Shown here one piece after another: positions 54,158 to 64,000 of a stretch of DNA of 64,000 nt. Position 1 is the stretch's first letter; each line of letters starts with the position of its first letter. The notes below the pieces were generated by a model. That model was not told the origin of the DNA. It saw only the letters and a list, made by a program, of their open reading frames with translations, and did no database searches. The DNA lies in contig NC_042998.1 of the NCBI RefSeq assembly GCF_006345805.1, positions 181,040,001-181,104,000 of the forward strand, in the 5' to 3' direction. A program made the position numbers and the translations under genes. Source of the DNA: Octopus sinensis. Its lineage: Eukaryota.

Positions 54158-54389
54158 AGGCGGCGAGCTGGCAGAATCGTTAGCACTCCGGGCGAAATGC
54201 GTAGCCGTATTTCACCTGCCGTTACATTCTGAGTTCGAATTCCGCCGAGGTCGACTTTGCCTTTCATCCTTTCGGGGTCGATAAATTAAGTACCAGTTAC
54301 GCACTTGGGTCGATGTAATCGACTTAATCCATTTGTCTATCCTTGTTTGTCCCCTCTATGTTTAGCCCCTTGTGGGTAGTAAAGAAATA
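54158..54389 (+). mobile_element. SINE family A, full length (tail type 1)
   Basis: aggcggcgagctggcagaatcgttagc...gagttcgaattccgccgaggtcgactttgcctttcatcctttcggggtcgataaa...gtgggtagtaaagaaata, flanked by tatttagtata duplicates. Confidence 0.95.
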
Positions 54390-54926
54390 GGTATTTAGTA
54401 TAGATTTAGTCGCCTTTTCTTTTCAAACGCATACTACTGTGCACTCTGATATATTTCTGTTTGCTCCTTTTCATTTAAATTATGGAAATGACCCCGGCTA
54501 TAAGTGCGGTCTACTCTTTTTTCCATGTCTATCTATCTCGTCTGTTGGAGACAAATTAAGATAACTGTTGTACATGTGATTTCTATTGAGTACAAATATG
54601 TCTCTACAGCAGATTACCTGTCTAGAATGTATTTTCCTTAATGACATGTCACTTTTGGAAAATTCTTGATTCTTGAAAACAACTCCACTTCCTCTTGCAA
54701 TATGTTCCCGATTGACACCAGGCAAGTATTTTACCTCCTCTAAAAGCGAAGATTACTTCTATAAAAATTTACCTTCTTTGACAGCTAATATAACTTTATT
54801 CCTTTGAGTTGTTCAAATACATGTCACAGCATATTGTAAGTCATTTCTCTTAGTTTATTTTCGCTTATACATGTACCTGTATGTGGTGACTGTATCTATA
54901 TATATACATATAGATTCATATACAGA

Positions 54927-54965
<39 letters not shown>

Positions 54966-54970
54966 TGTGT

Positions 54971-55002
<32 letters not shown>

Positions 55003-55085
55003 ATGAAAACTTGTCCAGCCTATCAGACATAGTAATCCGGAGATTGTTTGCTCTATCAAACACATGCCTCAAAATCCACAATTAA

Positions 55086-55170
<85 letters not shown>

Positions 55171-55173
<3 letters not shown>

Positions 55174-55290
55174 CCTGCTCGCTTAGCCAGCGGGGTGGCG
55201 TCATTTGAAGGCTAAAACAATGTGAAGCACATTGTGACCAGCGATGTGTAACAACATCTGACAGCCTGGTCGGTCACGGTGATCACGGTT
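55171..55290 (+). mobile_element. About 120-bp insert inside (TA)n, probable 3' end of a retro-element
   Basis: GC-rich island bounded by (TA)n on both sides, ending ggtcggtcacggtgatcacggtt. Strand is uncertain. Confidence 0.5.
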
Positions 55291-55312
55291 ATATATATAT
55301 ATATATATATAT

Positions 55313-55847
55313 ACTCTTTTACAGTTTACTCTTTTACTTGTTTCAGTCATTTGACTGCGGCCATGCTGGAGCACCGCCTTTAGCTGAGCAAATCGACCCC
55401 AGGACTTATTCTTTGTAAGCCTAGTGCTTATTATATCGGTCTCTTTTGCCGAACCGCTAAGTTACGGGGACGTAAACACACCAGCATCGGTTGCCAAGCG
55501 ATGTTGGGGGGGACAAACACAGATACACAAACAAACACACACACATATTTATATACATATACATATATACGATGGACTTCTTTCAGTTTCCGTCTACCAA
55601 ATCCACTCACAAGGCTTTTCTCGGCCCGAGGCTATAGTAGAAGACACTTGCCCAAGATGCCACGCAGTGGGACTGAACCCGGAACCATGTGGTTGGTTAG
55701 CAAGCTACTTACCACACAGCCACTCCTGCGACGGGCTTCTTTCAGTTTCCGTCTACCAAATCCACTCACAAGACATTTCTCGGCCCGAGGCTATAGTAGA
55801 AGAAAGTTGCCCATGGTTCCACACAGTGGAACTGAACCCGGAACCAT
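55313..55847 (-). mobile_element. SINE family B, full length plus duplicated 5' half
   Basis: Full copy at 55313-55729, immediately followed by a second gacgggcttctttcagtttccgtctacc...ctgaacccggaaccat. Confidence 0.92.
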
Positions 55848-55984
55848 CGATGGATTTTCACAAATAACCAAATTAAGTCATTATGGAAACTACCGTGATC
55901 ACTTTAAGCACAGGGTTTCATCGTAGTTGTCCTGCATCGGTTTACTTTCCTTTTCTAATACGTTAGTTATTTCATTTACTATTT

Positions 55985-56066
<82 letters not shown>

Positions 56067-57034
56067 GATGTTTGAGTGAGTGCATGTAGCATAGATGCAA
56101 GAATATAAATGTATATGCACGCAAGCATACAAACATATCTATAAATGAAATAGCATCCAACTGGAAACGTATACAATCAAGTTCGACAGCACTATGATAA
56201 TATTTCTGACTTGAATCCCAAAGAAATGTTTTGACATATGTAACCTTAGTGCAATTTCTACTCACAGTAACCTCCAGTTATTATATAACGATATAATGAT
56301 GGAGTACGGAGATAAATAAATCCAGGGCGAAGATGTAGGAAAATCACTTTTTCAGGTTTCTGCAGATGAATATATGAATTTAAATTTTATGTGTGTGTGC
56401 CTGGTGTGCGTAGTGTATGTGTGTGTGTGTGTGTATGTGTGTGTGTGTGTGAGTGTGGTGTGTGTGTGTGTGTGTGTGTGGTATGTGTGCGTACGTTCGT
56501 CTAGGTGTGTGTAGTTATTTGTGAAACGTGCAGGTTGTTGTTAAGAGTCATAATGATGTTTTAATGCATTCCAACTTTATTCTCGACAGAGATGTTTCCA
56601 CCAACTTGTCACAATAAAAATAATTTTATTGAAACTTACACTGAATTCTAAGATTGCACTCAAATATGTGCGTGATTCGGCATTACGAAAGTATCGAAGG
56701 CAAATATATATAGGTGTAAATTTGTGTGTTTGTGTGCATGTGCGTGTGAGACTCTCTCTGTGTATTTGGGTGTGTGTACGTGTGTACGTGTGGGTGAATA
56801 GCTAAACATGTAAGTTATATGACAAGACATAATATATTTATATATTTAATGTAATCATGCCTAATTATATAAGTAAAATGTATATCGATGTATTCATGTA
56901 AATGTACGTATATATATATAGATGTAAGTACGTATGTATGTATACAAATATATATAAATGCAGATTTATACATATACATCCATGAATGTATATAATATAT
57001 ATCCATATATATATACATAGTATGTATGTATATT

Positions 57035-57224
57035 CGTTTATTTGTTTCAGTTATTTGACGGCGGCCATGCTGGAGCAACGCCTTCAGTCGAGCAAATCAA
57101 CCCCAGGACTTATTAGCTGTAAGCTTAGTACTTGTTCTATCGGTCTTTTGCCGGGACGTAAACACACCAACATCGGTTGTCAAGCGATGGCCGGTGGGGG
57201 ACAAACACAGAACACAAACATATG

Positions 57225-57276
<52 letters not shown>

Positions 57277-57421
57277 GCATCTTTCAGTTTCCCTCTATAA
57301 AATCCACTCACAAGGCTTTGGTCAGCCCGAGGCTACAGTAGAAACACTTGCCTAAGGTGCCACAGTGGGGCTGAACCTAGAACCATGTGGTTGATAAGCA
57401 AACTACTTACCACACAGGCAC
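57035..57421 (-). mobile_element. SINE family B
   Basis: gcggccatgctggagc...catcggttgtcaagcgatg...(TA)n...aaatccactcacaaggctttggtc...cttaccacacag. Confidence 0.9.
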
Positions 57422-57452
57422 TCATTTGCCAATACATGTGTATGTATATATG

Positions 57453-57489
<37 letters not shown>

Positions 57490-57664
57490 ATTTTTCAAAC
57501 ACATATAAACACATACACACTCATATATATCTATACATACATATATATATATATAATTAATCAATATAGGGTGGTGAAAAAAATTTTGTAGAATTCTTTT
57601 TGCCACCAGCGGCCTAGTGGGAAAAAATTAAATAGTCGTAGACCATTTTTAAGTTCAACATCAA

Positions 57665-58080
57665 CAATCAAGGAACGGCCATAATAGGCCATTCACCCAC
57701 TAGAAATAACAGCCAAAGCTTCAACCGCAAATAAAGATCAATTCCGTAAACAGGAGAAAATTTTAAAAAACATTTACCCTGTAATTTCTTGTACGATGCA
57801 CCGTTTCGTCTGCTGATTTAATGGTAAACTAACCTGATTAAATTAAATCAAGCCAATCTTCCATAGGCCCTCAGATTCTTCAGCAAGAAATAGCCAAGTC
57901 GGAACAGATATTTTCACGAGGCATATTTTCAGCAGACGAAACGGTGCATCGTACAAGAAATTACAGGGTAAATGTTTTTTTAAATTTTCTCCTATTTACG
58001 GAATTGATCTTTATTTGCGGTTGAAGCTTTGGCTGTTATTTCTAGTGGGTGAATGGCCTATTATGGCCGTTCCTTGATTG
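57665..58080. mobile_element. Inverted duplication (152-bp arms, 112-bp spacer) of a hammerhead-bearing element
   Basis: 57665-57816 is the near-perfect reverse complement of 57929-58080. The right arm runs into (TA)n. Confidence 0.93.
57784..57891 (-). ncRNA. Type I hammerhead ribozyme with extended stem II
   Basis: ATTTCTTG-CTGAAGA-A-TCTG-[59 nt]-CAGA-C-GAAA-CGG-TGCA-TCGT-A-CAAGAAAT. Stem I is 8 bp perfect, stem III is ACGG/UCGU, the cleavage triplet is GUA, and the only defect is A10.1:C11.1. Confidence 0.82.
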
Positions 58081-58094
58081 ATTATTATATATAT

Positions 58095-58144
<50 letters not shown>

Positions 58145-58691
58145 ATATATATACATATATATACATATATAATATACAATATATATATATATACAAACTC
58201 AAACAAAATTATGAAAAATATCTTTATAAAATGCATTGTTCGTATGTGTGTATGTGTGTGTGTATGTGAGTGTATGTTTGTGTGTGTTTGTGTGTACCCA
58301 CGTGTGTGTGTTCGGGCTTATGTATACATACGTGTGTGTTACACAGATGATATAGCAAGCACATATGTTCGCATAAAAATGCATTTCATACGCACACAAA
58401 TATTTATATATCTATATATATATACCTAAATTCATATGCTTATGTGGGTGTGTATACACGTTGCGTGTATACCCATTTATGCTTAAATACATACACATTC
58501 ACAATATTGTAAATGTGTGTATATGTAATGCATACGAATATGATACTTATGTATGTATCAGTATATGTATATACTATTTAAAAGTATAACATACAGTACA
58601 TGCAAAGACATATATATGTGTGTGTGTGTATATTTATATTTACATATATATGTATATATATGTATGTGTATATATATATTGATGTGTATGT

Positions 58692-58728
<37 letters not shown>

Positions 58729-59262
58729 GTGTGTATACATATATATATATATATATATAATATATATATCCGTATATATATGGAATTATATGGAGTCACA
58801 CACACCCTGAATCAAACACACACCAACATATATATATACATGTATATTGGAGCGTACTTATATGTCTTTATCTATGTACATATGTATATATAAGTGGATA
58901 TGTGTGGAATTGTGTATGTATATAAGTATATGTTTATGTATTTAAGTATAAGTGCATGTATACACATATATACATCTACATTTTATCTGAAAGAGATATA
59001 AATCGGAAAATCGAGTGAGTTATCGTTTAAGGGAATGAGAGAATAATTGTATATTTTGAAAGAAATGGAGATTGAAAATACAAGATTCACAAACATATGT
59101 AAAGGACATAGTTAAAAATACGCACCACACATGCACGGTTAGACAGATTAAAGAAGGATTATATCATAATATTGACATGGGAGAAAAATATTGATAAATA
59201 TTGGTTTTAAAGCTGGTCGTCAATATCGAGATATTTTCCATGCATGATAAACTACGAAAGAT

Positions 59263-59854
59263 GAATTTGTTTCATGGGAAATCACTATATTTATCGGAAT
59301 ATTATCGACTGGAATCGTTATAGTAGCGAATAACTTTAGGAGTTGCTCTTGATGGTTTCTTTGTTTTCCAGTTCATTTGATATTTTCATCCTGCCCTTGT
59401 TTACAAAGAAATTTTATATAATGGATAACTGGATATGGTATGGATCTTTCTGTTCTTTAGTTCGTGTTTAATGTCTAGTACTATATAATATTTTAGGATA
59501 TCAATTGGACGCTCGAGATGACCAAAGCATTAGATCACTTGACAAAATTCTTTGTAATAAATGTGGAATGATTTTTTTTGTCCTTGTGCTCGCTCTACGG
59601 CAAGCCTTACCTATTTGAGTATGAAACAATTATACTTATCACAGTCTTATTATTCCTTAGGATTGCGGGTGACTATACGTTGAAGACTTTCAGGTGTGTG
59701 CGTAGCTATATAGTGTAAGATATTCGCCCTGAAGCTTCCTGGCTTTGATTTGAGTCACAACGAACGGGCTTTGGCAGCACTTATTAGTGCCTCGGGCTGA
59801 GTAAAAAGCAATGCGAGTGAAATCTGGCGCTTCAAGACTGAACCAAAATCTATC

Positions 59855-59903
<49 letters not shown>

Positions 59904-60215
59904 CAGAAGACATTTTAAGAAATATGGTGTGGTAAGAGATAATCGAGATAACCAGTTTTGTTTTCCAAAGAAAACCTACTTCTGAGGACTATGGAACTAA
60001 AATCTCAGTATAATCTTGGATTTGAAGTTTTTCAAATGCAATGTTAACGGAATACGCAAGGATTCTTATTGCGAAAGAAGCAGAAACTTACTTCCATAAG
60101 AAAGTTTATTAACGTGGCAAACATATAAGAAAGAAGACATTGAAATAATTTGGTCATTTAATGATGAGGCCACCCTATATCTTTTCACTGAGAGTCCTCT
60201 CATATATGTGGATAT
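59263..60215 (+). pseudogene. Second decayed class A GPCR (histamine H3/muscarinic-like motifs)
   Basis: Ordered motifs: TM1-like IFIGILSTGIVIVAN; TM2/ECL1-like DIFILPLFT..YIMDNWIW.GSFCSL; TM3-like YNIL.IS(L)DR across frameshifts; TM4-like *FFLSL.SLYG.PYLFEY; ECL2-like IIP*DC; TM6-like RKKTLK*..L...PPYIF. Interrupted by a SINE B remnant at 59690-59850. Confidence 0.5.
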
Positions 60216-60237
60216 ATAAGGTTAACTGGTCTCAGCG

Positions 60238-60293
<56 letters not shown>

Positions 60294-60307
60294 TGTTTGT
60301 GTGTGGT

Positions 60308-60615
60308 ACACCATCGGTTACAACACCGAGTGTTACAATCGATCCGGTCAAAGAAACAGCCAGCTCGTGAAATTAACGCGCAAGTAGCTGACATGCGTAA
60401 CATTTTCGTAGCTCCCAAAGTAATACAGCGTGACACAGACTGCGACAAGGTTGGCGCTCTTCAACTAAAAGTATAACTCAGTTTGGGTCAGCTGAGTGGA
60501 CTAGAGCAACATGAATTAAGGAATATTGTTCATGGACACAACAAGCAATGCCGAAAATCGAACTCACGATCTTGCAATCGTGAGCCGAATATCTTAACTA
60601 ATAAGCCACGCGCAT
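60308..60615 (-). mobile_element. SINE family C
   Basis: Reverse complement of the 61987-62316 family (cagctcgtgaaattaacg...cagctgagtgga...ggacacaac...taagccacgcgc). Confidence 0.88.
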
Positions 60616-60705
60616 TCAGCTTGATAAATGGATAAATAGACAAACAGACAGACAGACATACAGACAGACAGACAGACAGACAGATAGACAGACAGAAAGA
60701 CAGAC

Positions 60706-60780
<75 letters not shown>

Positions 60781-60803
60781 TAGGTAGAGAGACAGACAGA
60801 TAA

Positions 60804-60836
<33 letters not shown>

Positions 60837-60891
60837 TAGATAGATAAATAGACAGACAGACAGACAGATAGATAGACAGACAGACAGATAA

Positions 60892-60992
<101 letters not shown>

Positions 60993-61381
60993 AAAACAGA
61001 CGGACAGTCAGAAGGCGGGAGGCAGAAGAGACTGTAAGTCATATTACTGATTATCTCCTTGGCTTGTTCGTTATGTAACTGTCATTCATTTCTCTAAAAC
61101 GAAAACTCAGTCTAGTTTCCTTGTGCCCCCGCCTCGCACAACACCAGTCATGGTTTACTCGAAGTAATTATGAATGTAAGTGAAGTGAATCGGAACGAGT
61201 CATGTACTCGTCGTGTACTCAGCTCTCCCGAAGCTTAGTGTCAAATGGATATTCCTTAAGCTAATACTACTTTTTTTTTAAACCTTGTCCCTTTTGTCTT
61301 GTATTTTTTTACATCGTTATTTACACAAGATATATATGTGTGTGTGTATGTATATATAAATATTACTACATATAAATTATG

Positions 61382-61435
<54 letters not shown>

Positions 61436-61692
61436 GTGTGTGTGTGTGTGTATGTATGTATATATATATATATTTTAAAAATTGGATAAAATCTTCATAA
61501 GAAATTATCAAGTAGTTAGCGTGAAAAACCTCATAAGAGGAAAAATCTGTAAATTTTTTCCACTTGAATATATTTATTTATATTATATAGAGGGCATTGT
61601 TACACATAAATGCCGCCCGCTAGGAGGGACTCTTAAAGTCAAAACTACCAAAATAAACATATTGTACCGAATGCAATTATATATATACCGAA

Positions 61693-61753
<61 letters not shown>

Positions 61754-61986
61754 AATTCAACTTACATTTGTGTGTGTATGTTCTTATTGAGTTTTATTTC
61801 TAAATGTCTTACCAATAGAGAAAGGGCTGCTTTCAACTCTAGATCCAAAGATCCTTCACTTGAATTTCGTCAACATCACAGGGTAATCGTGCGTGTATGT
61901 GAGTAAATTTGCAAGTAATTGGAGTATATATGCAAATCTGTATGTCCTTTTGTATGGAGGTGTACACATACATATAGTTATATGCG

Positions 61987-62316
61987 GTGAGGGCGCGTGG
62001 CTTAGTGGTTAGGGCATTCGGCTCATGATCGTAAGGTTGTGAGTTCGATTCCCGGCGACGCGTTGTGTCCTTGAGCAAGACACTTTATTTCACGTTGCTC
62101 CAGTCCACTCAGCTGGCAAAAATGAGTTGTACTTGTATTTCAAAGGGTCAGCCTTGTCACTCTCTGTGTCACGCTGATTATCCCCGAGAACTACGTTAAG
62201 GGTACACGTGTCTGTGGAATGCTCAGCCATTTGCACGTTAATTTCACGAGCAAGCTGTTCCGTTGATCGTATCAGCTGGGACCCTCGTCGTCGTAACCGG
62301 CGGAGTGAAGAGAAGA
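61987..62316 (+). mobile_element. SINE family C, full length with TSD (CORE-like central region)
   Basis: tRNA head (gtggcttagtggttagg; gagttcgattccc), gttgtgtccttgagcaagacacttta...ccactcagctg. TSD agttatatgcg at 61976-61986 and 62317-62327. Confidence 0.93.
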
Positions 62317-62760
62317 AGTTATATGCGTAAATCATGTGCACATAAAAGTTTTAGAAAGGTTTACATATTTTGTCAGTTCCGCTGTGGTCTTGTATCTCTA
62401 GTCTTTGTGTATGTATGTAAGTGTGTATGTCATTGTTCAGTTTATTTCAAGATTTCGTGCCAATAGAGAAAGAACCGGTTTCTAACCTAGATCCAAGGCT
62501 CCTTCATTGGAATTTAAACATCATCAACAGGGTATTTTTGATTGCATGTATGTATGTATGTATGTATGTATGTATGTATGTATGTATGTATGTATGTATG
62601 TATGTATGTATGTAGGTGCAGATTTGTATGTTTTATGTATGTATTCTCATGCATATAGTTACATATGTAGACATGCTCATATATATTTAAATGATGAACT
62701 TCTGGAAAGTTTTACAGATTTTAACAGTTCCAGTGATGGATTGGATCTGTAGTATGTATT

Positions 62761-62792
<32 letters not shown>

Positions 62793-62878
62793 ATATGACA
62801 TTAAACTATATATGCGGTGATGAGGCTCCAGGTCGGGATTTCAGGAGTTGTGGAAAAGTTGGTGTCTCACCTTAATTA

Positions 62879-62992
62879 TGACGGGGTACTGAAAAGTGTC
62901 TGACTTTAAGGTTGTCGCGAAAGGTCTGGCTGGAGGACCAGCCTTCCGAGTTATTTTACAGGGCTCAGAAAAACTGAAGGACCGCGGAACAA
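62879..62992 (+). mobile_element. Mariner-derived MITE fragment
   Basis: TIR-like acggggtactgaaaagt followed by a transposase C-terminal remnant, VAKVWLEDQPSE.(F)LQGSEKLKDR. Confidence 0.55.
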
Positions 62993-63797
62993 AGTCAGAT
63001 TTCCCAGGGTTAGAGTAGGATCCCGTTATTTTTGATAAAGCCGCTGGAAACGCTGCTCTTCTGGGAAAAAGATAATCTGACATGAAACGTTCAGTCAAAA
63101 TAGTGACCATCAATACTTGTCACTAGAATCTATTATGGCAACTGGGAGAGTGAAAAAAGTGTTGTGAAAGCTTTTCTCACTTAAATCCATTGACGTACAG
63201 ACATTTCACGCAAGCCGAGCCACTCATCATCATATAAATTCAACTTACATGCGTGTGTGTGTGTATGTTCTTATTAAGTTTCATTTCTAAATTTCTTGCC
63301 AATAGAGAAGGGGCTGCTTTCAACCCTAGATCCAAATTTCCTTCACTTGAATTTCGTCAACATCAACATAGATACACGTGCGTGTATGTGTGTACATTTG
63401 CAAGTAATTGGAGCAACATAAAGAAAAGATGAGGGAAATCTATTGCGATCATGTGAAGCCTTTCTTGCTCTGTAAAGTCTTAAGAGAAGAGACTAACTGC
63501 TAGTCATTTGATATCAATGACTCGTTGCGGAATGCGACCTTGGGCGTTGAGAATAGTATCGACGGAAGCCAACTGGTTCTGGCATCTAGGTGGTTGCATT
63601 TATATCGTCATTGAAGGACCTTTTGTTAAGTAACTTATTCTTTTTATCAACCTGTTTGAATATGTGTGCCGTTTTTTTTTTTCTGAGTTGCGTTGCTTAT
63701 ATTCAGTTAGGAGATTTTTTTTCTCCCTTTCGCTTCAATATACCGTCTCTCACTCCATTTTCATATTTTTTTCCTCTTTCTTCCATCCTGCCACTAT

Positions 63798-63865
<68 letters not shown>

Positions 63866-64000
63866 GCTCAGCATATTTGTGAGTGTGTATGTGTGTGTGT
63901 GTTAATGGTAACAGATGGAAGAAAATACATTCAGTACCGAAACTATAAACAATGCAATTGGATTTGCTTGACCGAATTAAAGTACAGACAGACAGGCAGA

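Larger units (their letters stand above)
61752..63412 (+). repeat. Local direct duplication (about 170 bp) at 61752-61923 and 63235-63413
   Basis: aaattcaacttacat...ccaatagagaa.gggctgctttcaac.ctagatccaaa...ttgcaagtaattggag twice, including flanks beyond the embedded short repeat. Confidence 0.88.

Noticed and set aside
61987-62060. tRNA gene candidates at SINE heads (also 10054, 36051, 3861, 54158)
   Set aside because: A and B boxes are present, but the sequence continues into SINE bodies, often with TSDs, and I could not build a complete cloverleaf.
62841-63113. 90-aa minus-strand ORF as a host exon
   Set aside because: It largely overlaps the antisense of a mariner-derived fragment.

Overview
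AT-rich, repeat-saturated eukaryotic DNA with no intact protein-coding gene that I can support. Nearly all ORFs in the supplied track are translations of (TA)n, (CA)n, (CATA)n, (GATA)n or (AAT)n microsatellites. The SINE families and microsatellite density resemble octopus (coleoid cephalopod) DNA, which is an inference from recognition rather than a search. Supportable content: four tRNA-derived SINE families (here called A-D) in many copies; 3' fragments of non-LTR retrotransposons (R4/Dong-like and Hero-like RLE, RTE, CR1-like); an internally deleted mariner with intact TIRs; and several fold-back or MITE-like elements. The most interesting signal is a set of short non-coding elements, mostly next to (TA)n tracts, that carry hammerhead-ribozyme motifs. 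One is a nearly complete type I hammerhead with a long G.U-rich stem II extension (57784-57891, minus strand) inside a 152-bp inverted duplication, pointing to a Penelope-like or retrozyme-like system that uses microsatellites. Between the repeats I also read heavily decayed class A (aminergic-type) GPCR remnants, best at 51.5-54.1 kb and 59.3-60.2 kb, and a possible synaptobrevin/VAMP retro-pseudogene at 31.9 kb. These protein calls come from reading motifs by eye across frameshifts and need profile searches.
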